The notes below the pieces were generated by a model, which saw only the letters and a list, made by a program, of their open reading frames with translations, searched no databases and was not told the DNA's origin. The translations under genes and the position numbers were made by a program. A DNA stretch of 64,000 nucleotides from a virus: positions 1-64,000 of the IMG/VR virus record IMGVR_UViG_3300008267_000054. One strand, 5' to 3'. This document shows, one piece after another, positions 48,255-58,029 of this stretch (position 1 is the stretch's first letter; every line of letters starts with the position of its first letter).

Positions 48255-51200
48255 ATGTTAGAAAACATCTATAAGACAAAACAAAAAAGAGGGTATATCA
48301 ATCGTGATTTTCTAGTTGTAGATAATAGTGCTAAGTCACCAAACTATTTCAACATTTTAGAAGTACCTCAAACCCTAACAGCTGGCAAGAATATTGTTAA
48401 GCTGGGTTGTGATGGTCTATACTTAAAGAGAAACTACGATATAGATATTGAGGTGTTAGATGTTAATGGTGATCCACTATACACAGAATTTACAGGCTTT
48501 GTTGACAGATATGGTTACAGCTACTTTATAGTTTACGTATATGATATTACACCAATAGGTGTTGGTAGTCTTAGTTTTGTTGGTGTAGCAAATAGAGATT
48601 TAAGTGGCAAACCGCTAACATATGGTGGATCTGAACACACTAATGAATACACTGTTCTATGGAGTACTGATATTTTAATAAAGTCAACAGATAGAAATCT
48701 GACGGACATCGTATTTCAAAAAGCACCAGAAGTACAGGTAACACAGGTACTAACACCATATAAATTTAATTTTGGTACATACGCACTCAACAGTAGACTA
48801 GCATCTCAGAGCTTAGATAATGTGTTAGTATACACATCAGAAAATTCCGGATTTGATTTTATACAAAACTACTCAGAAAACATACAAGACGCACTTGGTG
48901 TAGAGAATTCTTATAACTATTTTATTGATGCATCCACAGCAAATACTGTAAAAACTAATATTCGTAGGTATGACAACGATATACAAAACGGATTCGTATT
49001 TTCGGAGTATTCGAGGTATAATACAGTAATCTACGATGCACAAGGCAGATTGTCAAAGGATATGGAAGGATCCATTTTTAGTTTTGCCAATAATGATAAT
49101 GGAGTAAGTATACGAAATACGTGGAATTATAAACCAGCACTTACATCAACGTATGATCCAACACCATCAGGGTCATTTACTGATCAGATTGTTAGCTACA
49201 AAAGTAAAATTGTTTATGTTTTAAATAAGTATTACGCTTATCTAGATAAAGCTCCTAGCGTATCGGTGATTGATTATAGTGATCCAAGTGTACCAGTTAC
49301 TAGAGATTACACTTTCAAAATACTTGAAAACACTACTGGATCCTTTCTCTATCCAACATCTTCTTTACAAGAAGTACAATCAATTAATCTAAGTTCGTCA
49401 TATATACAATTTACATTTTTTGATCTACAACCAATTGCAGGAGACATATATCGCATAAAAACATTTGCAAAGGAAGCTGGACGTAATGCAGAATACTACC
49501 AACTAAACGACCATATTGTAAAAGCACCAGAGTTTTTAATCGATACTGATAAGACAAATCAGTCAGTCTATGCTAAAAACAAAAGTGATTTTTTTACATA
49601 TGGTGAGTTTACAACACAAAGTATTGTTGTGGATTATTGGAGGGGATTTGTTGTTGAGCAAAACGAACTATATCAATATAGTTTAAGTCCATCTAGCTCA
49701 GCAATATATACCAATACAGTGTTAGCAAATGCACTGACTTTAACAAGCACAACAACAGCTAAGCGCGGAATAGCAACAAGATATTATCAAACATATATAC
49801 CAGATCAACCTTATTCATTATCCTTTTATTGTAGTTTAGATCCTGGTTGTGAGTTGGAAGTCTATATGAGTAGTACACCATTAAAGGATACTGTATTAGG
49901 ATTACAAGCACCGAGAGCGTTTACACAAACAAGGGAAAGGGGTACAAATGAAAGTTATAATAAATTTGGAAAGTACTTAGGAAAGATATCAAACATTAAT
50001 GGCAATTCGATAAGACATTATGAAAATGTTGTTTTTGACTTCCTACCTGATGCAGATGGATTTGGTAGACCGGTATTGTTTTTAACAACCGATAGTGCAA
50101 CTAATAAAAATGCCTATATATCATCATTAAGCATAACACCACTAGAGCTAACCGGATTTACACCAAGTATATTACAGTTTGCTGCAGCAACACCTGACTC
50201 AATTAACATATTACAAGACGATGATGCATCCTTAACACAGTCACTTGACTTGAAGATAGAGTACTTCACAGCAGATGGTAGACAGTCTGAATACACGACT
50301 TTCATACCAAATGTACAAATTAATATGATAAACGAAGTACCTGGTTTCTGTTCTAGTGAGGCAAATAAGTTTAATGATCATTGTCCATTTTATTGGGAAG
50401 TTGTTTCTAGCTCACTACAAGTTGATGTTGGTCTTACTACTAAGGCAAACTCTGGCACAGCATCTCTTGATCCTACACAATACATAGACCACTACTTTTG
50501 GCCAACATTTAGTTTAAACTTTGCTGGTGGATATCATTGGAATATCAGAGGATTTGCTATATCAGGAACATCTTACAATTCACTTGTTTATACAAGGCCG
50601 GTATCATCTAGCATAACTTCTAGCTGGTTTAGATATGATCCATTTTTACCATTATATACACAGGCAATACCAGGTGGTGTACAAGCAGCTACAATGTACT
50701 CAGGTACAGTTGCTCCGGTAACTTATAGTGCAACTCCAATTGATGGTCTATACACATCAACTTTATCAACTGATAGAAAGTTTTATGATGGTAATGGAGC
50801 GGCCATTAGCAGATATGAACTAGCATATTCTCAAAGTCTCTTAATAAGTAGTAATAGTGTTGTTATACTAAATGATGCGCCTAAACTTGAGACATTACAA
50901 ACTTATTTAAGAAAATCAAGATTGTATTTTCCATCAACGAGTAGTAATTATCCATATGGATTCTATGAAAATGGTGGAATCTATAATGTTAGATTTAAAA
51001 TATCTAGCACACCACTCATTAGATATTCTAATTCACCTAAGGCTAATTACATTTACAGTAATGATGGATCAGCAATTACAGCAGCAACTGAGGTAGGCAA
51101 CTATTCAAAAACTGTTAACTCTGACAGTATATACACACCAGAAGATGGTGCAAAATTAATGGTATATATAGCTGATGTAGCAACACCTATTAGCAATCAG

Positions 51201-51653
51201 TTAGATTTTGTAAGAGGTAGAGCAGGATTGTTTCCACCAAAAAATAACATTGTAACAATTGGAAATGGGTATGGTATAACACCAACCATTAGATTCTTTG
51301 ATTCAGGATCCGGTTATAATGTTGACCAGTATGATCTAGTATTAGTACAATATGGAGAAAAAGCGCAGTTAGTATTTGATGCATCTGGATTAGAGTTTGA
51401 ACCCAACACAGATCCAACATATTTACCAAATTCATACATGATATACAACAACACTGACCAAGCTTTTTGGGGTGGTATAATAAGTGATATTGAGTGGTGT
51501 AAAATTGGTGTTACAACTGATCCAAGATTTATAAAACCAGTTAATTTTGATGATGCGTTTAATACATTTACACCAACAAACCCACCACCATTCCCAGCAC
51601 CACCAAGCAATCCATTTGAGGCTGAAGATGTTGGAGATGTAGTATTTGATTAA
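48255..51653 (+). CDS. Large virion structural protein
   Basis: 1132 aa, Ser/Thr/Tyr-rich beta composition; TATTTATG at 48234-48241. Confidence 0.65.
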   Translation: MLENIYKTKQKRGYINRDFLVVDNSAKSPNYFNILEVPQTLTAGKNIVKLGCDGLYLKRNYDIDIEVLDVNGDPLYTEFTGFVDRYGYSYFIVYVYDITPIGVGSLSFVGVANRDLSGKPLTYGGSEHTNEYTVLWSTDILIKSTDRNLTDIVFQKAPEVQVTQVLTPYKFNFGTYALNSRLASQSLDNVLVYTSENSGFDFIQNYSENIQDALGVENSYNYFIDASTANTVKTNIRRYDNDIQNGFVFSEYSRYNTVIYDAQGRLSKDMEGSIFSFANNDNGVSIRNTWNYKPALTSTYDPTPSGSFTDQIVSYKSKIVYVLNKYYAYLDKAPSVSVIDYSDPSVPVTRDYTFKILENTTGSFLYPTSSLQEVQSINLSSSYIQFTFFDLQPIAGDIYRIKTFAKEAGRNAEYYQLNDHIVKAPEFLIDTDKTNQSVYAKNKSDFFTYGEFTTQSIVVDYWRGFVVEQNELYQYSLSPSSSAIYTNTVLANALTLTSTTTAKRGIATRYYQTYIPDQPYSLSFYCSLDPGCELEVYMSSTPLKDTVLGLQAPRAFTQTRERGTNESYNKFGKYLGKISNINGNSIRHYENVVFDFLPDADGFGRPVLFLTTDSATNKNAYISSLSITPLELTGFTPSILQFAAATPDSINILQDDDASLTQSLDLKIEYFTADGRQSEYTTFIPNVQINMINEVPGFCSSEANKFNDHCPFYWEVVSSSLQVDVGLTTKANSGTASLDPTQYIDHYFWPTFSLNFAGGYHWNIRGFAISGTSYNSLVYTRPVSSSITSSWFRYDPFLPLYTQAIPGGVQAATMYSGTVAPVTYSATPIDGLYTSTLSTDRKFYDGNGAAISRYELAYSQSLLISSNSVVILNDAPKLETLQTYLRKSRLYFPSTSSNYPYGFYENGGIYNVRFKISSTPLIRYSNSPKANYIYSNDGSAITAATEVGNYSKTVNSDSIYTPEDGAKLMVYIADVATPISNQLDFVRGRAGLFPPKNNIVTIGNGYGITPTIRFFDSGSGYNVDQYDLVLVQYGEKAQLVFDASGLEFEPNTDPTYLPNSYMIYNNTDQAFWGGIISDIEWCKIGVTTDPRFIKPVNFDDAFNTFTPTNPPPFPAPPSNPFEAEDVGDVVFD

Positions 51654-52179
51654 CATGATATCGAGAAGTATTAAAAAATCTAAAGTGTGTTTTCCACCTA
51701 TTGAGGGAATAGGTGGCCCATCTATACTTGGTAGAATTAAGTTAAAAAATATATACCAATCATGGCAAGGTGAAAACTTTGTTGAGATAACACAAAAACA
51801 TAGTGATAATCCATTTAATCTAAGAACTGGGTTACCACAAACAGATAGACAAATGAAAGAGGATCGCATATTCCTCTTTACAAAATATCTATCCTACAAT
51901 CCTCTTACAAAGCAAATTGAGAAAAGAGAACTCATACCACTAAGAAACACAGAGAAAGTTTACATAGGACAGTCCCCAGAAGAACATCAGTTCGATGATT
52001 ATAAGCTGTTTGTCAATGGAAAAGTTGTTTTAGAGGATATTTTGTTTAAACAACCAAATACTGATATGGGATCTCTTATTGAGATTATTAAAAAATTACA
52101 AGATAGAATACAAATATTAGAGCAACAAGTACAAAAACTAACTGGTAATAACGAAAAAGTAGCTATTTATAAGCAATGA
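51646..52179 (+). CDS. Hypothetical protein with C-terminal coiled coil
   Basis: KLFVNGKV...LQDRIQILEQQV; start uncertain. Confidence 0.6.
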   Translation: MINMISRSIKKSKVCFPPIEGIGGPSILGRIKLKNIYQSWQGENFVEITQKHSDNPFNLRTGLPQTDRQMKEDRIFLFTKYLSYNPLTKQIEKRELIPLRNTEKVYIGQSPEEHQFDDYKLFVNGKVVLEDILFKQPNTDMGSLIEIIKKLQDRIQILEQQVQKLTGNNEKVAIYKQ

Positions 52180-54047
52180 ACAGTTTAGCACGATATCTAA
52201 TTGAATCCCTAATTAAGGAAGCAAAGGGGGTCACAGTCCTACTTCCCGGCGGATTCAAACCACCCCATGCCGGACACTTAGAACTTGTAATGGCTTATTA
52301 TAGTCTACCACAAGTGTCTAATATAGTGATACTGGTAGGACCATCAGCACGAAACGGTGTAACAAGAGAGCAGTCTATTAAGATATGGAATATGCTCTTA
52401 AAAGACATACCAAACGTTGAGATAAAACCAACAGAGGTAGAATCACCATTAACAGCTGCATACAAGTATATTGAAACAGCACCTAAGGGAGCGTATGCAC
52501 TAGCATCAAGTAATAAAGGTGATGATTATATAAGAGTTAAAAAGTTTGTTGAAGATCATGGAGAAAATGGTAAGTATGCAAGACCAGGGATATCTGTTCA
52601 AGAGCTTCCAATGGATCCAAAACCTTTACTATATAAAAATCGTAATGATGAGTTTAAAGGAAAGGGTATAAGTGCATCTGTTTTAAGAAATGATATTAAG
52701 CAGAAAAATCTCAAAAACTTCCAAACAAACTATCCAGGAGTTCCAAGCGAAACTGTTTCCAATATCTTTAATATGCTTGTTAAGACTGTAAAAGAATCGG
52801 TTATGTTGACTGAGGGTGGAGGTGCCGGTCATCTAGCTCATCCATACGAAGACATGGATCTAACTTTCGCGGATATTGAAAGTATGATAGATGCAGCATT
52901 AGCTGGCAAACTTAATTTAGCACAAGAGAAGTTAGATGGCCAAAATTTAATGGTATCCTATAAAAATGGTGGATTAGTAGCTGCAAGAAACAAAGGACAG
53001 CTTAAAAACTATGGTGAAAACTCTTTAAGCATCGAACAGATGAAAAAGCAGTTTAGTAATAGAGGGCAAATACAAGTTGCTTTTGTTGAAGCAATGAGAG
53101 ATCTTGATAGTGCAATTAAAAATCTAAGTCCTCAAGAAAAAGAAGAAATCTTTCAAAACGGAAAAAACTTTATATCGTTAGAAGTACTTTACCCTGGCAC
53201 TGCAAATGTAATACCATATGGAGCAGCTCAGTTGAGATTACATCATGTTAAAACATACGATGAAAATGGTAATGTAGTTGATGAAACACAAGAGCCGGTA
53301 AAAAGATTGCAAGCAGCTTTAGAACAACAAAAGGCACAGAACCAAAAAACCTACCAAATTAGAGCAACAGATCCAGCAACAATCAAACCAGACCAAGATT
53401 ATGAAAGCAAGCGAAGTGAGTTTGTGCAGGAACTTGAGAAGCTAAGATCTAAGTATAACTTAAAGAGAGATGATAAAATGTCACTCTATTTTTACAATTG
53501 GTGGAAAGATTACATTACACAGAATGCTAAAGGATACAGGTACAAGATACCAGATCAAGTATTACAACTGCTAATCAATAGATGGGCATTTACTGATAAG
53601 ACAACATCTATCAAGCAAATATACAATTTAATTAAAAACGAAGACTTTAAAAATTGGGTTGTAAACTTTGATCGCACACAAGTTAATGATCAAAAGAAAA
53701 TAGCTGGTCGACCGGTAGAAATGTTATTTTTAAAACTCGGAGCTCGTATATTAAAAAATCTTGAGAACCTTGTAACTCTAAATCCTGATCAGTCAGTTAG
53801 ACAAATAAAAAAAGACCTCAATACATCAGTAGCTCAAATTAAACAAGCAGCTTCATCACCAGATTATGCAGATGGCGAAGCAGCTCTGAGATTTTTAAAG
53901 AGAGAACTTGAGCGTATAAAAGATATAGGTGGTATGAGCACAATTGTGCCAACTGAAGGTTTAGTGTTTACTTATAACGGAAAATTGTATAAGTTAACTG
54001 GTGCCTTTGCACCAATTAACCAAATACTAGGATACTTAAAATTCTAA
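52176..54047 (+). CDS. HIGH-family nucleotidyltransferase-like domain fused to DUF6267-like domain
   Basis: PGGFKPPHAGH...ISASVLR; EGGGAGHLAHPYED...EKLDGQN...EGLVF.Y..KLYKLTGAFAP. Confidence 0.75.
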   Translation: MNSLARYLIESLIKEAKGVTVLLPGGFKPPHAGHLELVMAYYSLPQVSNIVILVGPSARNGVTREQSIKIWNMLLKDIPNVEIKPTEVESPLTAAYKYIETAPKGAYALASSNKGDDYIRVKKFVEDHGENGKYARPGISVQELPMDPKPLLYKNRNDEFKGKGISASVLRNDIKQKNLKNFQTNYPGVPSETVSNIFNMLVKTVKESVMLTEGGGAGHLAHPYEDMDLTFADIESMIDAALAGKLNLAQEKLDGQNLMVSYKNGGLVAARNKGQLKNYGENSLSIEQMKKQFSNRGQIQVAFVEAMRDLDSAIKNLSPQEKEEIFQNGKNFISLEVLYPGTANVIPYGAAQLRLHHVKTYDENGNVVDETQEPVKRLQAALEQQKAQNQKTYQIRATDPATIKPDQDYESKRSEFVQELEKLRSKYNLKRDDKMSLYFYNWWKDYITQNAKGYRYKIPDQVLQLLINRWAFTDKTTSIKQIYNLIKNEDFKNWVVNFDRTQVNDQKKIAGRPVEMLFLKLGARILKNLENLVTLNPDQSVRQIKKDLNTSVAQIKQAASSPDYADGEAALRFLKRELERIKDIGGMSTIVPTEGLVFTYNGKLYKLTGAFAPINQILGYLKF

Positions 54048-54394
54048 TGATGAAATTAAAAAGCATATTACAAAAGGAAATACTCAAAGAAGAGGAAATT
54101 CCATTGGCTGAGAAAAAAGAGGTAATTGGTGCATCACCATTACTAAATCTCACCTTCCACCTAGACCACAAGTTCTCTAATGTTGGAGAAACTGGTAAAC
54201 CCGAATTAACTTTTACAATAAGTGTTAGTTCTACTGGAGGAAAGGAGTATTACAAGATTGTGTCTGATCAGGCTGAAAAAGAAAAGTTTGAACTAGCAGT
54301 AAGAAAGGAAATTAATAAAGCTGCAAAAAGACTCAATAAGAATATGGAGTATATTGTTGAGAAGTATCAATTAAAACCAAGAGCAGAAGAATAA
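54047..54394 (+). CDS. Hypothetical protein with MMKLKSILQKE leader
   Basis: TAATG coupling; shared leader. Confidence 0.75.
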   Translation: MMKLKSILQKEILKEEEIPLAEKKEVIGASPLLNLTFHLDHKFSNVGETGKPELTFTISVSSTGGKEYYKIVSDQAEKEKFELAVRKEINKAAKRLNKNMEYIVEKYQLKPRAEE

Positions 54395-54399
54395 ACTAT

Positions 54400-54852
54400 A
54401 TGTTACGACAAGAAGGAGATATCTGGACAGAAAAAGGAAAAACTTGGACCATTAAGAATGGTATCAAGAGAACTGTTAGTAAATTTTCACAAGTACGAAA
54501 AGACTTGCAAACACCACTTTGCTGCCCAAATTGCAGTAAGACAATTAACCGTGTAGACGAAAAGTTTTACAAATTTAATAAGATGTGTTTGGACTGTACC
54601 ATTGAATTTGAGCATGAGTTGCTTAAACAAGATAAGTACCAAGATTATGAGCGTGCACGAGTGTTAGCAAATGTTAAAGGATGTGTAGATGATTTAGATG
54701 TGTATTTTAATGAGTATTTTCAAAACGCATCAAACAAATCGTATGTTACAGAAGATGGAGAGGTTGAAACATGGACTGGTAACTCTGTAAAAAGAGTTGA
54801 AGAAATTGTTAAACCCGAACTAGATAAACTGAAACAGCAATTTGAAAAATAG
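54400..54852 (+). CDS. Zinc-finger phage protein
   Basis: EGDIWTE.GKTWTIKNGIK; CPNC...CLDC. Confidence 0.75.
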   Translation: MLRQEGDIWTEKGKTWTIKNGIKRTVSKFSQVRKDLQTPLCCPNCSKTINRVDEKFYKFNKMCLDCTIEFEHELLKQDKYQDYERARVLANVKGCVDDLDVYFNEYFQNASNKSYVTEDGEVETWTGNSVKRVEEIVKPELDKLKQQFEK

Positions 54853-54855
54853 CAT

Positions 54856-55464
54856 ATGAAAATACCAGTTGAATGGATTCCAATTTTAGCAGCATTTATA
54901 ACCGGAATATTCGGACCGATTATAGTACGCTTTGCAGCAAAGAAGTTTGAGTCAACAAAAGATCCCTTAAATGATGCTTTTGTGTTTGGTGAAAAGGTAG
55001 AGGAGAAATTATATAGTATGCTTGAAGAATATCAAGCTGATAGAATTTACATTCTACAATTTCACAATGGTGGTCATTATTACCCTACAGGCAAAAGCAT
55101 ACAAAAATTCAGTATGTTTTATGAGGTAACTAAAGACACAAAATACTCAATAAGAAACAATTTTCAGAACATACCAGTACATCTTTTTTCAAAAAGCTTG
55201 AAACAACTATCCGAACACAACTTTATAGCAATAGACGATTATAAGGATCCAACTGTAGCAACATTTGGATTAAAGTATATTGCTGAGGAGAGTGGTACAA
55301 AATCATCATATTTATTTACAGTAAGGAATATTGAAGATAGATTAATAGCTGTTATGGGTTTTGATTTCTATAAAAAGAATGCATTAGCACATGATAAAAC
55401 AACTGAACTACAGATAGAAGCAGCTGCTATCGGTGGTGAACTTGCAAAATACTTAAAGAAATGA
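54856..55464 (+). CDS. Single-TM protein with GAF-like domain, holin candidate
   Basis: N-terminal TM; ADRIYILQFHNG...SSYLFTV...LIAVMGFDF. Confidence 0.6.
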   Translation: MKIPVEWIPILAAFITGIFGPIIVRFAAKKFESTKDPLNDAFVFGEKVEEKLYSMLEEYQADRIYILQFHNGGHYYPTGKSIQKFSMFYEVTKDTKYSIRNNFQNIPVHLFSKSLKQLSEHNFIAIDDYKDPTVATFGLKYIAEESGTKSSYLFTVRNIEDRLIAVMGFDFYKKNALAHDKTTELQIEAAAIGGELAKYLKK

Positions 55465-55895
55465 CATCAGAAGAATCAAAAGGACTTTGGCACAACATAA
55501 GAGCAAAAAGAGCTCGTGGTGAAAAGCCTGCTCCAAAAGGATCAGAGGAGTACAATAAAGCAGTGGCAGCAGCTAAAAAAATAAATGCCGATGAAGAAGT
55601 GACCATCTGTGAAAAATGTGCAGTGGCTCTTTTAGAAGATATCAAGGCTGGTTTATTTGAAGCTGAGTACCAAGGTCGAGATGTCGCGCTTAATAAACCT
55701 ATGAGAGGTGATGTTAAGAAGTTTAAGGTGTATGTTAAAAAGGGTGACAAGGTTGTGAAAGTTAACTTTGGTGATCCTAACATGAGAATAAAAAAGTCTA
55801 ATCCTGAACGTAGAAAATCATTTAGAGCTAGGCACAATTGTGATAACCCTGGACCAAAAACTAAAGCTAGATACTGGTCCTGCAGAAAATGGTAA
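55461..55895 (+). CDS. DUF6321-like phage protein
   Basis: EAEYQGR.V.LNKP...KVNFGD...RRKSFRARHNC...ARYWSCRKW. Confidence 0.75.
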   Translation: MTSEESKGLWHNIRAKRARGEKPAPKGSEEYNKAVAAAKKINADEEVTICEKCAVALLEDIKAGLFEAEYQGRDVALNKPMRGDVKKFKVYVKKGDKVVKVNFGDPNMRIKKSNPERRKSFRARHNCDNPGPKTKARYWSCRKW

Positions 55896-55896
55896 C

Positions 55897-56193
55897 ATGC
55901 CGTACAAATATAAAAAAGTAGGAGACGAGTATGTCGTATACAAAAAATCAGGTGAGAGAGTTGGTGCAACTGCTGGTAATAAAGAAGCATTGCGTAAGTA
56001 TCTTGCCGCATTACATATAAACGCTAAAGAAAATACAACTATGACAAAAGAACAACAACTTCGTGAATACATCCGCAAAGAAATTAAAAAGGCTTTGAAA
56101 GAGGAAGAAGCAAAGCCGGATTACTTGGATGCTGATAAGGATGGTGATAAAAAAGAGCCAATGAAAAAAGCTTTTAAAGATAAAGAAAAATAA
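55897..56193 (+). CDS. Hypothetical protein with DxDxDG Ca-binding-like motif
   Basis: ATG at 55897; KPDYLDADKDGD. Confidence 0.7.
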   Translation: MPYKYKKVGDEYVVYKKSGERVGATAGNKEALRKYLAALHINAKENTTMTKEQQLREYIRKEIKKALKEEEAKPDYLDADKDGDKKEPMKKAFKDKEK

Positions 56194-56501
56194 TGATAAA
56201 GCTCAAATCTTTATTAAAAGAAGAGATGACTAATTTGGGTGGAATGAAAATTCCAATCCAACTTGTAGATCTTTATTTTGCATTGGAAAAATGTCCAAAG
56301 GGCAACATATACGCATCTGCTCAAGATCAAACTAGATTATTTAAAGCTTTGAGTAAATTTGGAGAAACCGCGGTTGTACAACCACTACTAAACAAAATTA
56401 ATAATGTTTATGGTGAAAAGGGTTTTTATCTACTTAACCAGCAGGAAATTGATCCAACTAAACCAATAATGTTTCACTACATACCAAATGATCAAGCTTA
56501 A
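56193..56501 (+). CDS. Hypothetical protein with MIKLKSLLKE leader
   Basis: TAATG coupling; shared leader. Confidence 0.7.
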   Translation: MIKLKSLLKEEMTNLGGMKIPIQLVDLYFALEKCPKGNIYASAQDQTRLFKALSKFGETAVVQPLLNKINNVYGEKGFYLLNQQEIDPTKPIMFHYIPNDQA

Positions 56502-56730
56502 AGAAATTTTAGACGAAAAGAAGGAAGTTTATGTTCCTTATATGTACTCCAAGGATGGATTTGGATGTCATGTATGTAAGTTCTATTACAAAGAGGGTAA
56601 TACCCATATGTGTAATAACGTTGATTACGTTAAGTATAATAAGGGTAGTGAGGTGTTGGTAGATAATAATGGTAAACCTATAACGGATCCATCTAAGTGG
56701 TGTTCTAACTGGTTTAAACCAAATGATTAA
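56488..56730 (+). CDS. Small 4-Cys protein, HiPIP-like, with MIKLKEILDE leader
   Basis: CHVCKFY...C...WCSNWF. Confidence 0.6.
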   Translation: MIKLKEILDEKKEVYVPYMYSKDGFGCHVCKFYYKEGNTHMCNNVDYVKYNKGSEVLVDNNGKPITDPSKWCSNWFKPND

Positions 56731-57229
56731 GTTAAGCAATATACTAGAGACTACTAATAAGGGATACACAATCTATTGTGATATGGATGGTGTACTTTGT
56801 GATTTCAACGCCGCTTACAGGGATCTATCGGGAGGATACACATTTGATGAGTATATTCAAGAGTATGACGTTCGAGCAGCATGGAAATTAATAAATGATG
56901 AAGGTGCTGAATGGTGGGCAAATCTACCATGGATGCCGGGAGGAGAGCAGTTATGGAAAACAATAAAGAAATACAAACCAACTCTACTATCAGCTCCATC
57001 TGCAGACCCATCAAGTATTGAAGGTAAAAAGCAGTGGATAAATAAACACTTAGGTTATCAAAAAGCAATATTTGTACCAGCAAAGATGAAACAAAAATAC
57101 GCTGATCAGTATAGCATACTAATTGATGATTATATTAGAAACGTTGAACAGTGGGGAGCAAAAGGTGGTATTGCAATTATGCATGTTGATTTAAACACAA
57201 CATTAAATGAATTACGACCATATTTATAA
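56723..57229 (+). CDS. HAD-family 5'(3')-deoxyribonucleotidase-like protein with MIKLSNILE leader
   Basis: YCDMDGVLCDF, LLSAP, GKKQW, ILIDD...W..KGG. Confidence 0.88.
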   Translation: MIKLSNILETTNKGYTIYCDMDGVLCDFNAAYRDLSGGYTFDEYIQEYDVRAAWKLINDEGAEWWANLPWMPGGEQLWKTIKKYKPTLLSAPSADPSSIEGKKQWINKHLGYQKAIFVPAKMKQKYADQYSILIDDYIRNVEQWGAKGGIAIMHVDLNTTLNELRPYL

Positions 57230-57241
57230 AAAACATATAAG

Positions 57242-57505
57242 ATGAATAAAAATCCCAAACTATATAATGCAGTGATGAAAAAGGACTTGCAGCTAAGTCC
57301 AGAATTACTTAATCTCATTGACGATCAAACACAAGACATGGATCTACAAGTAATCTCTAAAGGATGGGTTGCAGATACAATTGAGATGTTAAAAGATACA
57401 GAATTAATACGCACCGATGACGAGTATGATGAAAACCTTGTTACTGAGTTGGCTGAATTAGCGAGACTAATGATTGAAAAAAGAATTCAAGTAATCGTAT
57501 TATGA
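57242..57505 (+). CDS. Hypothetical acidic protein
   Basis: TATTTATA at 57221-57228. Confidence 0.7.
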   Translation: MNKNPKLYNAVMKKDLQLSPELLNLIDDQTQDMDLQVISKGWVADTIEMLKDTELIRTDDEYDENLVTELAELARLMIEKRIQVIVL

Positions 57506-57681
57506 AATTAAAAAACCTACTACCGATCCGAGAGGCAAAAGAGGAAATGACAGACGCAACGGTTTGTAAGATGAAACTAAAGGATGGCAGAGTTGAACAT
57601 ATTATGTTTGATGACAAGGATAAGAAGAACTTTGATGCTAAGACAACTAAATTTTTAGAAATTTATAAAGATGCGAAATAA
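57502..57681 (+). CDS. 59-aa protein with MKLKNLLPIRE leader, not in ORF track
   Basis: Translated by hand; ATGA overlap with previous gene. Confidence 0.65.
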   Translation: MKLKNLLPIREAKEEMTDATVCKMKLKDGRVEHIMFDDKDKKNFDAKTTKFLEIYKDAK

Positions 57682-58006
57682 ATCCAAAATACAAGAAAAC
57701 CAATTTCGTGCGTTAGTTCGTAATGAAATTGCTAAAATAATGAAAGAACAAGAAGATGAGCAAATTCCAAGCAAGGAGAAAGGAGCTGATCAAAAGGCTC
57801 CTGAAGAGGAAAAGCCTAAAAAAGATCGTGGTGAGGCACTTGAAAAAATCACCTACTCATACACAAGAGCTTTAAAAAACAATTTACAACAGCTATCCTC
57901 AGAAGAGCTAGCAGAAGTAATGGATTCAATATTAGACCATTTTGGATTTGGTAAAGATGGTAAGATGGATGTTCTTAGAACATTAAAGAACAAGATCCAA
58001 TATTAA
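57671..58006 (+). CDS. Hypothetical protein
   Basis: FRALVRNEIAKIMKE leader-like helix. Confidence 0.7.
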   Translation: MRNKSKIQENQFRALVRNEIAKIMKEQEDEQIPSKEKGADQKAPEEEKPKKDRGEALEKITYSYTRALKNNLQQLSSEELAEVMDSILDHFGFGKDGKMDVLRTLKNKIQY

Positions 58007-58029
58007 TTTAGATAGGTTACAGTAGGACT

